A stretch of 64,000 nt of DNA. It comes from the human T2T-CHM13v2.0 reference genome, Homo sapiens. A program made the position numbers and the translations under genes. The stretch lies in NCBI RefSeq assembly GCF_009914755.1, contig NC_060925.1; one strand, 5' to 3'. The notes under the pieces were generated by a model. It was given only the letters and a program-made list of their open reading frames with translations, searched no databases and had not been told where the DNA came from. Positions 41,057-54,203 of this stretch are shown here, piece by piece (the first letter of the stretch is position 1; every line of letters starts with the position of its first letter).

Positions 41057-41511
41057 ATTTGAGAAAGAGAGAAAAAGATTTAGAGTTATTATGAATAATT
41101 AGCTCATATAATTATGGAAGATGAAAAGTCCCATATTCTGCCAGCTGCAAACTGGAGACCCAGAAATTCTGGACCGTAATTCAATCCAAGGTTTAAGGCC
41201 AGAATACCAGGGGAACAGATAATATCAATTTCAGTCTCAGAGTAGGAAAAGATGAGATGAAATGCTCCAGCTCAAATTGTGAGGCAGAAAAAAAAAGGTG
41301 AATTATTTATTTCTCTGCCTTTTATTCTCTTCAGGCTCTCAACGAATTAGAGGATATCTACCCAGAATGGGGAAAGTAATTTACATCACTGAGTCCTTTG
41401 ATTCAATTGCTAATGTCATCCAGAAACACCCTCACAAAGACACTCAGAAATAGTATTTAATCTGGTCACCTCATTGTCCAGTGAAGATGACACATAAACT
41501 TCATGATCACA
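41006..41511 (-). mobile_element. MLT2C/D-type LTR with (GA)n
   Basis: Flanking direct repeat ctagtt; MLT2 motifs. Confidence 0.85.
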
Positions 41512-41779
41512 CTAGTTGATGCACCCACGAATCACCCATCTTTCACAGTGTCACATTAATCATTATCATGAACATATGAATGATATATTTTTCTGAAAGA
41601 ATATCTATCTAATGACTTGAAAGTTTGAGGTAATAAAATACCCAGAAACATCACTCATGGTTTTAACCATACACAGTATTTGTATTTATGTTTATATTTG
41701 TTGTTAAATCTATATCAGTGCCTGAATTCCATTTGAATAGCTGTTTCTAGTGATCAGAGTAGTGTGCATTAAAACTTAC

Positions 41780-41996
41780 TCAATGTTTTCTCTCTAATCT
41801 AGTTCTCCAGTCTCAAACATTATTTCTAATTGTAAAAAACAATTGCATAACAAATATTTTAAAAGGGAGGCAAGGAACAGATGTTTCCCATGTACATTTA
41901 AGAGCGCTGAAATTCGATAGGAAATCCAGGAAGAACTTTCAAGATTATATTCTGGGATGTTTTCTGAGACATTTTCTATACATACTTGCACATTAC
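41780..41996 (-). pseudogene. 217-bp exon remnant (contains ORF-track ORF 41794-41991)
   Basis: tgtatag|...TGA|gtaagt. One stop in 71 codons, phase 1 to 2. Confidence 0.5.
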
Positions 41997-42038
41997 CTAT
42001 ACATATTTACTTAAATGTGTTCTCCTCTTTGTTAAAGC

Positions 42039-42292
42039 ACAAACCTAGAAGGTATGGCCTACTACACACCTAGGCTATATTGTTTAGCCTGTTGCTCCTA
42101 GGCTACAAAACTGTACAGCATGTTATTGTACTGAAAACTGTAGGCAATTGTAACATAATAGTATCTGTGTAACTAAACATATCTAAATATACAAAAGGTA
42201 CAATAAAAATATGGTATTACAGTCTTATGAGATTACCATTGTAAATGCAGTCCCTCATTGATTGAAATGTCATTACAGGGCACATGACTGTA
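42039..42292 (+). mobile_element. Tigger3a/MER7-type DNA transposon fragment
   Basis: acaaacctaga...ctcctaggctacaaa...cacatgactgta. Confidence 0.85.
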
Positions 42293-42327
42293 ATTGATTA
42301 GCAAAAGAAGCCAATGTAATATGTGAT

Positions 42328-42360
<33 letters not shown>

Positions 42361-42677
42361 TAAATTCATGAAGAATAGACAATGCTACAGTAGAAATACT
42401 ATGTTTATTATCAAAAGTGATAATTTAATGAACTCAGTCACCTTGATTGAAATTCAAGAAAATTTCTAATATGATTAGTTACTACTTTTATCTATATGTT
42501 CTGTCAGTATGGATCTAGTAAACTTTATGTCTTATTAGTTGTCCATCTTAATGGGGAAATACTTTTATAGTGATGTTTTCTAACCTATAAAATTCATTTC
42601 TCTGAAAACAATGTGCTTATTATGACCATAAATATTACTAAAAAGTCTTGTATTTGAAGAATAATGACTTCGCTTAC

Positions 42678-42723
42678 ATTGGTTTCTAACATACATACAT
42701 CTCCATTGCGATGTTAATAAAAC
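42678..42723 (-). pseudogene. 46-bp exon remnant
   Basis: ctcattttag|...AAT|gtaagc. Frame ambiguous (GFINIAMEMY or VLLTSQWRCMY). Confidence 0.45.
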
Positions 42724-43078
42724 CTAAAATGAGGTGATCTTTAGCAAGCTTTCCATGCTAGCAACTTTTATTATTTGCATTTATTTATGTGACAGAGGCT
42801 GCTTTAAAAAAATCTTTATTAGTTCCAAGGCATATTTTATGAGACTATTTTAATCCACCAAGTACCACCAATAGACTGTAATAATAAATGAAAAATAATT
42901 TTAAGTGCTCCATTGGAAAACACAATAAAAATATTTAAATAGCATTTCAGTATAAATTATACATTCATTGGGGAAAATACCATTAGTAAAATTTTCTGAC
43001 CAATAATAATAAACAGGTAAGTATAAAAGAGAATTTGTTTCTATAGAGAATAATGTGTTATCAGCCTTAGATTATAAC

Positions 43079-43176
43079 CTGCATATAGTGGCATGTCTAT
43101 TCTAAAGTTGTGAAACACAAATTTTAGATTCAAATACTAAGATACAATTACTTTGCATTTTTTTATACAACATCAA
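43079..43176 (-). pseudogene. RGS22-like exon remnant (IKKCKVIVS*YLNLKFVFHNFRIDMPLYA); may extend 5' to 43355
   Basis: cttatttctctatattttag|...CAG|gttata. K.K.I...YLN.KF.F resembles a motif I recall from RGS22 (YLNKKYFF). Confidence 0.45.
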
Positions 43177-43728
43177 CTAAAATATAGAGAAATAAGTTGT
43201 TTCTGTTGAACTATTTCACATGATAGAATGAGAACAACTAGTAGTTTTGCTATCCGAGGAATTTGCCATGTTTGAGATTCGATACTGTGTGTACAGTGCA
43301 TCTATATGAATTTTTCATGCTAATGGTGATTTTGCTCCATTTGTTAGTAAATTAGCTAGCAAAGACCAAATTCAACTGATATAAGAAGCAATCAATTATA
43401 AATGACAGTTATACTGATTATAGTTATTATTTTTTCAAACATGTTGATACTGTTGTGAGTTTTATATATAAAATTAAAGCATATGTAATTACATAAGTTG
43501 CATTAAAAAATACTTATTGCAATACATGGATATATAATGATGGAGGAGCATCTTTATTTCATAATTCACTAAAAGGATAAGATGTTATTAATAATCATTG
43601 TTCCCTTAGAAAATATTTAGATCCTAGTAGTTTGCCACATTCTCATATGTGAATTTGTGAAGAGCTTTGTGGTTATAGAATGCAAATCTATAGCATTAGG
43701 ACAAACTAGACACTGCTTTTGAGTTCTT

Positions 43729-44025
43729 CTCTCTGTCCCTCTCTCTTTTTTTTTTCTTTGAGACAGGCTGGAGTGCAGTGGCATGATCATAGCTCACTGT
43801 AATCTTGAACTTTCAGGCTCAAGCTATCCTATCCTCTTGCCTTGGCCTCCTGAGTAGCTGGGACTAAGGCACACACCACTACAGCTGGCTAACTTTCTTT
43901 ATTTTTAGTAGAGATGAAGTCTCACTATGTTGCCCAGGCTGATCTCAAACTCCTGGCTCAAGCATTCCTCCCACCTTGGCCTCCCAAAGTGCTGAGATTC
44001 AAGGCCTGAGCTACTATGTCTGGCC
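43729..44025 (-). mobile_element. AluJ
   Basis: TSD gcttttga(g/t)ttctt. Confidence 0.92.
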
Positions 44026-44143
44026 AAGCTTTTGATTTCTTTTGCTCAGTGCTTTCATATTTATATAGCTTATTAAAGTATATCTTTTTAATTAACTGCA
44101 AGTAATTGAAACTCAAAACTGAATGTTGGCTTCTTTAAACCAC

Positions 44144-44214
44144 TTGATCCAATTTCTTCCATGCATTTACTCATATCAGAGAGTGTGAGTCTCATAGTTA
44201 TTATGGTAATTAAA
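44144..44214 (-). pseudogene. Possible 71-bp exon remnant
   Basis: Open frame LITIITMRLTLSDMSKCMEEIGS, phase 2 to 1; weak splice sites. Confidence 0.25.
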
Positions 44215-44324
44215 CTACATTTAATTTGACAATAACAATACAACGATAGTAGATCATAGATATATAAAATGTTTGACCATCTTACTCTAAATTTGTAAAA
44301 CTAAGTAAAGAAGGAAGGCCAGTA

Positions 44325-44560
44325 ATGATAGTTAATATTTTTGAGTGCTTATTATTATGCATGTTTTAAGTGCTTTAAAATATTAACACATTTAACCCTC
44401 AAAACAACCCGATGAAGTGGTATCAGTTTAATTTGTTTAATCATATAAAAGAAAGAATAGAGATTTTATGTAATTTATGCCAAGATGAACAGATACTAAG
44501 CATTGAAACAGGAATTGTATTCCAGCTCCAAAACCGTAATTGCTTATTATCTGGTTGCAC
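44325..44560 (-). mobile_element. MIR
   Basis: atttaaccctcaaaacaacccgatgaagt motif. Confidence 0.7.
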
Positions 44561-44886
44561 TGTCTATAGGCAATGTTTCAGACACAAAATATACTTGTGA
44601 GAAAATATGGACATTTAATGTACTAAGCTATTATAACTAAAGACACATTTCTAGAAAACAAAATGTCAAAATATTAAAACTATTTAAGAAAAAATCCTTC
44701 TAAGGATAATGAACTCACACTAAATTTAATTTATCTTTTATAAGATCCTGAGAAGTTATAATTATATTCTCTTTCACTAGATTCAATGTGGCATTTATTC
44801 CATCTATTAAGCTTGTGAAAGACATTCAGCTAGCATAGAAAAACAAGATATCACTTAAAAAAAAGAGAGAAACAGTAAAAAATTAC

Positions 44887-44959
44887 TGTTTAGATCCTTC
44901 CAATTTACTTCAAAGGAGTTTTTTGCTGAATCCATGAAATATTCTCAGTCTGGAAATAA
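44887..44959 (-). pseudogene. Possible 73-bp exon remnant
   Basis: tgtcctag|...ACA|gtaatt. One TGA, phase 1 to 2. Confidence 0.3.
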
Positions 44960-45338
44960 CTAGGACATGTAGAATACTGGCATTTAAATTTTAGGTTTAT
45001 CATAAAAAGATTATTTGCATTAGTTTTTACAATGAGTTTACAAGAAAATATTTTTCTTTTAGAAGTTATCTATTTTTTAAATGTAGAGAGTAGCAAATAT
45101 TATTTGGCTTATATTAAGACATTTATTATGGCTTAATCCTATTTAATTTTTGATAATTACTCATTCCTTTGAAAATCCTTCACTGATGTTTTGTGAAGAC
45201 CACTGGACTAGTTGTTCCAGATAAAGGAAATAGAAGTCAAAATCCTTGTTTTTAAGTAACTTACACTAATTAAATAGCAGTATGCAAAAATTATATGGCA
45301 AATATAATATAATATAATAATGTTATATTAAATTATAT

Positions 45339-45626
<288 letters not shown>

Positions 45627-45669
45627 TTAAAAAAGAGTAAGTTTAAAGAAAGTATTTTTAATTTATACA

Positions 45670-45850
45670 GACCTAGTCTCTAATTTTGGCCCCGTTACTT
45701 TGTGCAACTTAATTTTCCTCTCTGAGACTGAGTCTATTCATCTGTAAAATGAGTAAACTAATATCTACCTATAGGTATGCTGCATGTGAAAACCTGAGCA
45801 TACTGCCTGTCACCTAGGAAATACTTATAGCTTTTGGTTATTGTAATTAT
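45670..45850 (+). mobile_element. MIR
   Basis: tcatctgtaaaatgag core. Confidence 0.7.
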
Positions 45851-45984
45851 TTATATTGTAACTACAAGTTATTAATTCTTAATAATGAAAACCAATCTGA
45901 CATTTCTTATAACTCATACAACAATTGTTAAATACAAAGGCAATTATATGTTATATTTTATTATTACTCAATTCATCCACTTAC

Positions 45985-46224
45985 AAAGTCTTAGAAATTT
46001 AAGGTTCTGCATGGCAAAGATAAATTTGCTTCTGAGGCAGTAGATAATTTGACGATTTATTGTGATTGAACAACCTTGCAGTGTTTCAATTCTTCATTTA
46101 TACTCTGATAATAATATGTCATTTTTAAGGCCTCATTCATACTGCACTAAGTTTCACTGCATTAGTAAATCATATCACAATAATAAAAATTAGAATTGGA
46201 CTTTAATTTCAAGCTTCAAGTTCA
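45985..46224 (-). pseudogene. 240-bp exon remnant
   Basis: Poly-T ctttag| acceptor, TTT|gtaagt donor. Phase 1-1 with five stops (four TGA); ends QIIYCLRSKFIFAMQNLKFLRL. Confidence 0.4.
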
Positions 46225-46371
46225 CTAAAGAAAAAAAAAGTTGTTTTAGTACTGCCCCATAAAATTGCAGTTCTGCATATTTAGAAGATAACTTTATTTC
46301 AAATTTAATATTATTGAATATGAGAAAATAGTAGAAAGACTACTTTCAATTAAACAAATAATTTTATTTAC

Positions 46372-46510
46372 ATAATATTTGCTTTCCTCTATTTTTAGCT
46401 ACATCTTTGGCAACGAGTTTTGCCTGTTTAAGAACATGAGCCAAAAAGCCAAAATTAATGTCATATTATTTTTACAACATATTTTAGTTCTCTATGACTA
46501 CTTCTTTTTA
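46372..46510 (-). pseudogene. 139-bp exon remnant (DINFGFLAHVLKQAKLVAKDVAKNRGKQIL)
   Basis: cattttaag|...TAT|gtaaat; 147-bp intron to the next exon; one frameshift. Confidence 0.4.
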
Positions 46511-46713
46511 CTTAAAATGTTTGTTATAAATAAATTGCATTTTCTTGATTTGTGGAGAAAAAATTCTCTTAAAATCATGGGAATACAAATTCAAATTTTA
46601 CTAAGTTCTTCAAACATATTTTGGTCAAATTGTGTGTGTGTGTGTGTGTGTATGTGTGTGTTATCTTTGTCATGTAACTTGTTCTTTTAGTATGCCTTTT
46701 GATTCTGGTTCAC

Positions 46714-46855
46714 CCAGACATGTTAAGTCAAAAAGACTGCATGGGAGTTGCTTTTATAAGTAAGGCTCTTTTAAAGCTAGGTATTTCCTTAGGTAGGGAT
46801 TCTGTATAATGGATAGTTAGGAGTCTGCTTTCATTTGAATGGCTGTTTCTTCCAC
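46714..46855 (-). pseudogene. 142-bp exon remnant (VEETAIQMKADS*LSIIQNPYLRKYLALKEPYL*...)
   Basis: Donor TGG|gtgaac, phase 1. Pyrimidine tract present, acceptor AG decayed. Confidence 0.35.
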
Positions 46856-47090
46856 ATAGTGGAAAGAAAAATACAAAAGTTTATAAATTGAGCTCTAAAT
46901 TGCACACTAGACTCTCTTAACAACAACCACCACCAACATATATATATACACACATATATAATGTAATTTTATATATATATAAAGTATATATAATGTATTT
47001 GTGCATATATATGATAAATATAAAAATATGTGTGTTTTTAAGTGCTATAGATATAGCTCATAAAACAGTTCTTGGAAACAGGACCATTAC

Positions 47091-47151
47091 CTGTGTGCTT
47101 TTTACCAGAAAGGGGAGGGAAGATATCAATGGTCTGTTCTATATTAAAAAA
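47091..47151 (-). pseudogene. 61-bp exon remnant (FFNIEQTIDIFPPLSGKKHT)
   Basis: cttttcag|...CAG|gtaatg; open frame. Confidence 0.5.
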
Positions 47152-47346
47152 CTGAAAAGTCACCAGAGAGAGTATGAAATCTTCCAGTAAATAACGACAT
47201 GAGACTTACATTAGAGATCTTATCTCTAAAGAGAAACCAGAACATGAATGGGATGTTATCATCAAACTATTACAAAAAGTGACTGTAAATTAGAATTCAC
47301 GATTCAGTAAATATGCCTATCAAAAATGAATCTTGGCAGAAACTAC

Positions 47347-47419
47347 CTGAAAGTTCTTCAGCCTGGTCTCAGTAGGAACAGCTTCAGTGCCAGTAATGCA
47401 GATATGTGTATGAACATGG
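47347..47419 (-). pseudogene. 73-bp exon remnant (HVHTHICITGTEAVPTETRLKNFQ)
   Basis: cttcttcccctatttcag|...CAG|gtagtt. Open, phase 2 to 0, joins the next exon in frame. Confidence 0.5.
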
Positions 47420-47689
47420 CTGAAATAGGGGAAGAAGTGTTAAAATGGTTGAGGGGACTGAGTTTTTTTTTGTTTTGTTTTTTATTATAACTCTTTCTAA
47501 AAAATGGGGACACATTGACTGTGTACCAAATCTGTTGTGGGAAGGGCAGCTACTCCATGAGGCTTGCCAGGGAAAGCCCTTGTAATTGCCTGTGGTCAGC
47601 CTTGAAGGATTAAACACAAGATTTTAACCTGGGTCCCAACTCCCCAATCTCCACTTATCTCATGGAACTTTAATGTGTAATACAGGATT

Positions 47690-48930
47690 ACTATGAACAA
47701 CACACCACGGCCACAGATTTGATGACATAGATTAATTTAAGGATCAATTTTTTAAAATACACAAACTACCAAAATGATACAATTAGAAATAGATAATCTA
47801 AATAATCTTATGTCTACTAAATAATTGAATTAATAATTCATAACCTTCCCAAAAAGAAAACACCTGGTCAAAATGATGTTTCTACTGATAAGTTATACTA
47901 ACCATTTAAGCAAGAAATAATACTAATTTTTCAGAAGCTCTTCCAAAAACTTGAAGCAGACTGAACACTTCTCAATTTATTCTCTAAGAACACAGTTGCC
48001 CTAAAGCTAAAACCCAACAAAGACATTGAGAAAAACTACAGACTGGTTTTCCTCATGAACATAGATGCAAAAATCCATAATAAACTACTGGCACATTGAG
48101 TCCAACAATAAATTATACAACATGACCTAGTGGAACTTATTAAAGTATGTAGGGTTGGATCCAAATTCAAAAATCAGTCAATGTAATCTGCTACATCAAC
48201 AGCAAAGTAGAAATAGAGAGAAGTTTTTGAACTTTACAAAGAGTACCTATAAAAATCCTATAGCAAAACTTGCAGCAAACATCAAACATAATGGTGAGAA
48301 ACTAGATATTTTCTTCTTAAGATCATGAATAATGCAAAAGTATCCTCTCTTCCCACCACCTGCAACATTGTACTGTAATTTCTAGCTAGTGCATTAAGGT
48401 GAGTAAAAGAAATTAATCTGTACAGTTTGGGAAAGAAGAAATAAACCTGTATTTGTTCATGTGACATGATTGCTTATGTAGAGAATCATTTTTGAATAAA
48501 AATCTTCTAGTGTTAATAAACAAGTATGGCAAGTTCTCAGCATATGAAAATAACATTCAGAAGTCAATTGCTTTCCTACATACCATCAATAAACAATTGG
48601 AATTGGAAATGAAAAATGATTTAAAATAATACACAAAAATGTAATACATAGTTATAAGTATAGCACAATATATACAAGATCTAAATGCAGGGAACTTTAA
48701 AACTGAAGAATAACATCAAAGAAGATCTAAGTAATTGGAGATATTTAGTGTTTATGGATTTAAAAATTCAATATTATTAAGATGCAAATTCTTCTTAACT
48801 TGTTTTATAAATTCCTCTCAATTCCAATCACAATCTCGCAAGTTATTTTGTAGATACTGATAAGCTGATTATAAAGTTCATATGGAAATGGAGAAGGTCT
48901 AGAACAGCCAACAGAATACTGTAGAAAGAG
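47690..48930 (+). mobile_element. Old L1M ORF2 fragment
   Basis: catgaacatagatgcaaaaatcc and related RT-region motifs; heavily decayed. Confidence 0.85.
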
Positions 48931-49045
48931 TGATCAAACTACATCATACATTGTTAAGGCATACATATCTGGATGGATAGATAATTATGATAGATAAATA
49001 GATCGATTGATCGATCGATAGATTGATAGAGACAGAGGGATAGAA

Positions 49046-49468
49046 TGCTAGTTCAGGGTGCTATAACAAAGAACCATAGACTGGGTGGCTTTCAGATAAC
49101 AGAAGTTTATTTCTCACAGTTCTGTAGGCATGACATCTGAGTCATGCCAGCCAGTATAGTTGTGCTTTGGTGATGCTCTTCTTCTGGATTGCAGCCAGCA
49201 TAGTTGTGCTGCCAGCCAGCATAGTTGTGCTTTGGTGATGTTCTTCTTCTGGATTGCAGACTGCTGCCTTCTTGCTGTATCCTCACGTTGTAGAAAGAGA
49301 GCTAAAACTCTCTAGGGTGTCTCTTTATAAGGGCATTAATTTTATTCATGCAGGCTCCACCTTCATGACACAATCACCTCCCAAAGTTTCTACTTCCTAA
49401 TACCATTACATGAGGTTAGGAATCCAAAATACCAATTCTGGGGGGACAAAAGCATTCAGTCCATAACA
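49046..49468 (-). mobile_element. MLT1A/MST-type LTR inserted in a (GATA)n tract
   Basis: gctataacaaagaaccatagactgggtggctt...cattcagtccataaca. Confidence 0.85.
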
Positions 49469-49659
49469 TAGATAGACAGACAGATAGGAGATCTAGAGTC
49501 AGACAGTATGTTACTGAGGTTTTAATTTATTATCATTAAGAATTATAAAGTAATATGTTTATGCATATCCTTTTTAATGCATCAAATATGTTAAAATATT
49601 TTTAAAAATATACCATTACAACACACAAAAGTACTAGAAAAACATTATTAAATATTTAT

Positions 49660-50022
49660 CTATGCAGCCATAAAAAAGAACAAAATCATATGTTTTTGAC
49701 AACATGGATTCAGCTGGATGCCATTATCATAAGCAAATTAATACAGAAACAGAAAACCAAATACTGAATCTTCTTACCTATTAGTGGGAGCTAAACATTG
49801 AGTACACATGGAAATAAAGATGGGAACAACAGACACTGGGCACTGGGGACTGCTAGAGAGGGAGTGTGGTTGGGGGTAGGATTGAAAAACTACCTATTGG
49901 GTATTTTGCTCACTACCTGGGTGACGGGATCATTCTTACACTAAACCTCAGTGATAACGCAATTTACCCATGTAACAAATGCGCACTTATACCCCTGAAC
50001 CTAAAATAAAAGTTGAAAAAAA
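49660..50022 (+). mobile_element. L1PA15/16-like 3' end
   Basis: 3'UTR motifs ending cccctgaacctaaaataaaagtt. Confidence 0.88.
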
Positions 50023-50153
50023 GTTTAATTAATTAAACAAAATAAATTTTCTATTTAGAAAACATAATTATATCCAACTACAACTCCATTAAAGCCTATA
50101 AAGAAAAAGATATTTATCTAATATGGGTCAAACAAATGTAAAAATGAATACCG

Positions 50154-50990
50154 ATTTCTCCACATCCTCACCAGCATCTATTGTTTCCTGACTTTTTCAA
50201 TGATCGCCATTCTAACTGGCGTGAGATGGTATCTCATTGTGGTTTTGATTTGCATTTCACTAATGACCAGTGATGATGAGCTTTTTTTCATATGTTTGTT
50301 GGCCGCACAAATGTCTTCTTTTGAGAAGTGTCTTTTATATCCTTTGCCCACTTTTTGATGGAGTTGTTTTTTTCTTATAAATTTGCTTAAGTTCCTTGTA
50401 GATTCTGGATATTAGACCTCTTGAAATGGATAGACAGCAAAAATTGTCTCCCAACCTGTAGGTTGCCTGTTCACTGTGATGATAGTTTATTTTGCTGAGC
50501 AGAAGCTCTTTAGTTTAATTAGACTCATTTGCCAATTTTGGCTTTTGTTGCAATTGCTTTTGGTGTTTCAGTCATGAAGTCTTGAAAATGTGGCACATAT
50601 ACACCATGGAATACTATGCAGCCATAAAAAAGAATGAGATTGTGTCCTTTGCAGGGACATGGATGAAGCTGGAAATCATCACCCACAGCAAACTAACACA
50701 GGAACAGAAAACCAAACACAGCATGTTCTCACTCATAAGTGGGAGTTGAAAAATGAGAATACATGAACACAAGGAGAGGAATATCACACACTGGAGCCTG
50801 TTGGGGGGTGAGGGGAAAGGGGAGGAAGAGCATTAGGACAAATACCTAATGCATGCGGGGCTTAAAACCTAGATAATGGGTTGATAGGTGCAGCAAATCA
50901 CAAGGGCACATGTATATCTGTGTAACAAACCTGGACGTTCAGCACATGAATCCCAAAACTTAAAGTAAAATAAAATAAAAAATAAATTTA
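50154..50990. mobile_element. 5'-inverted L1PA7/8-like element (minus 50154-50583, plus 50584-50990)
   Basis: Antisense ORF2 segment joined to a sense 3' UTR and A tail. Confidence 0.92.
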
Positions 50991-53635
50991 AAATAGTAAT
51001 ATTGAAACCATAGTGGAAAATAAAATTTATATGTAGCAAAAAATAAGTTTTGCCTGAAAAACATAAACTGAAAAAATATATGCACCATATAAAAATAGTT
51101 AATATTCTTAGATATAAATTATAGCACATAAATATGTTTGTGAAACAATATCAGATACAAACAAAACAATGTCAATAAAATATTTGAGAAACTATAATGA
51201 AACTCTTTATGAGCTTAATTCACTATCACACCAAAAGACATAAACATTAGCTTTAGTTTGACATAGTAATGAATTATTATATTGCTATTTTTCTTATTAA
51301 ATTGCAACTTATACATCTACTTATACCTACAATAGTATGGAGAGTAGAAAATTGTTATTAATATACACATCATTTAGATATATAAAAATATGCAGTATTT
51401 CTAGAAGCCATTTTAATTGCATTTTTAAAATGACTCAAAACTTCTTGATCCAGTTGTTTCCTTACTATAAAGTTTCCTAAATTTTTACACATTTTATCAG
51501 AAATGTATATGAATATATGTATGTATATATTTAAGTTTCTAGCTGGTTGCTCCACTTATTTCTAATATTATTTACAAATTGAAACACACTCAAATGCTTT
51601 AGTATGAATTACTTGAGTATGATTAAATCTATCATATATAATAAAATCCATCTAATAAATAATATTTTAAACAAAACACATATGATATGAGGCTTATGAT
51701 GAAAACAGGTTGTAATACAGAGTGATTTGATTATATTGTGGATAAATAATCTAGAACAAAGACAGAACTGATACTCAGCTAGAGAGTAGTATGATGAGAT
51801 TTCAGAATATTTAAAAATATTCTAGTCTATAGCTTTCAGTTCCACACACCTTACAGGATTGTTTTAAGACTGTTTTTATATTTGTAAAATAATACCTTTT
51901 GTTTTGTTACCTTGAGCAAACCACAAGTTATCCTCCATGACTCATGTCGTCCATGCAGTCAAAGCAAATGATTCACTCACAATATGGCAGCCTTCCAGGA
52001 TTCTGGGCATCCTAAATAATATGCATAACACAAAGAAGGAAATTGAAAACCCTAGAGAACTCGAAGTTTGGATGAAAGTATTGATCTTAAGAAAGGGACA
52101 TAGTTTTCAAGTAGTCTGAGAAGAAGTCTGACTTTGGGAATATAAGACATATTGTGAATCTGATGACCAGAAGCAGCACTAAAGAACCCCCACCCCAGGA
52201 CAACTGACATGAGGCAGCCCAGCTATTTAACAGCAGATGGCAGAAAGGGCAAAGGAAAGTTTAAAGGCCTCTTACATGTTGGGATGATACATAGAACCTG
52301 TGCGAAATTATCTATCACTCACAAATCAAAGGAGAAAGAGAAGAAAGGTGGGCCTCTTGTATAGATAATGATATAATATTGAATTGACCACTTAAAACAG
52401 CCAATGTGATTGGGCTACCTTCATTAGGCAACTTAAAATTTCAAAATAAAAAGATAATTATAATGTGCTAATGTCAGTTTAAATGATGCAAACACACACA
52501 AATATTTATCTGTATGAACATTTTATACAGAAAACACTTTATTTTGCTTATCAAATGCGTATCTGTTCCAGTCTGCTGTTTGCTTTCCATACACACACAG
52601 TGCTTTCTTTGAACTGGGATTTGCCCTATCTTATGTTAAGAACCATAATTCTCTTAGCAGAAATGTTGTTAGCATATACAGTTTTTAAAAATCCATCATA
52701 GACGCATCATTACTAACTCTGAAGGTAAAGAAGGGCTGTTTATTGCCAATAAAATTTGAAAAACTGTGTATTCCTGTTTTACTTGTTTTCCAACATTATC
52801 CCTGGCTTGCTCAGGATGTATGCTGACATTCTACCCTATGTGTTTTTGTATCTACGTAACAAAAATATATATTTTAAGTAAAAATTAAAGGGGGGCTATT
52901 TTAAAATAATTTTTGTAGAAAATTCTCTTTTGGACAGGCACAATACTGCAATGACACATCCATAAAAAAGGCACAACCACTTTTTAAGGATGTATAAAGT
53001 CATGTCCAATTGTAGATCATAAAATGTTTATTAAGTTATTTATTCTTTATTCACAATAGCTGACTCAGTGCTCTTTCTGTAATTATCAACTAACCGATGC
53101 ATTATGTGGATTAAAGAATGACTTTATGTGCATTTAGAAAGTAATGTGCTACAGGTTATTGCACCTTGTAATTTTATTATTCAAACATATATTGGATTTT
53201 ATTTATGCTAATGCAATCACAATATTTAATAATGCAATATAAATTATGAGGGCTTATTTTCTCCTAATGTAACAGGATTGTGTAATTGAGCCTAAACTGA
53301 AGTTAGATATATATTCTTGGTGACCATTCACTATATTACCAACACCTTTTTGTGTCTTCTTATTTGCATCTAGTCTGAGAAAACTGCTAGAGAAATAACA
53401 TAAATGGTAGACCAAGAGGCAATTATTACAAGACAAATGGGACTCTAGTCTCACTTAAAAGGCAATTACCCTAACTGAAGAAGAATCTGGCATGATGAGC
53501 TGGTCTTAGCCACAGAATTTGGGACCAGCAGATTGTTGTACTTTAAGATGCAAAAAGGTGATTTTTACATAAATCCTTTCCAGACTAGTTATCTTCACGT
53601 GTTGATACTCAGTTTAAGTTAAGTATAAGAAGTAT

Positions 53636-54203
53636 CTAGAACCAGAAATACCATTTGACCCAGCAATCCCATTTCTGGGTATATATCCAAACGATTATAA
53701 ATCATTCTAGTATAAAGACACGTGCACACGTATATTCATTGCAGCACTATTTACAATAGCAAAGACTTGGAACCAACCCAAATGCCCATCAATGATAGAC
53801 TGGATAAAGAAAAGGTGGCACATATACACATTGGAATACTATGTAGCCATAAAAAAAAAGAATGAATTCATGTCCTTGCAGGGACAATGGACGAAGCTGG
53901 GAACCATAATTCTCAGCAAGCTAACACAGGAATACAAAAACAACATGGCATGTTCTCACTCATAAGTGGGAATTGAACAATGAGAACACTTGGACACAGG
54001 GAGGGGAACAACACACACCGGGGCCTTTTGGGGGGCAGGGGGAAGGGAAAGGATAGCATTAGGACAAATACCTAATTCAGGCAGGGCTTAAAACCTACAT
54101 GATGGTTTGATAGGTGCAGCACACCACCATGGCATATGTATACCTATGTAAAAAACCTGCACATTCTGCACATGTATCCCGGAACCTAAAGTTTAAAAAA
54201 AAA
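53636..54203 (+). mobile_element. L1PA7/8-like 3' end
   Basis: ctagaaccagaaataccatttgaccc...; approximate TSD aag(a/t)agtat. Confidence 0.93.
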
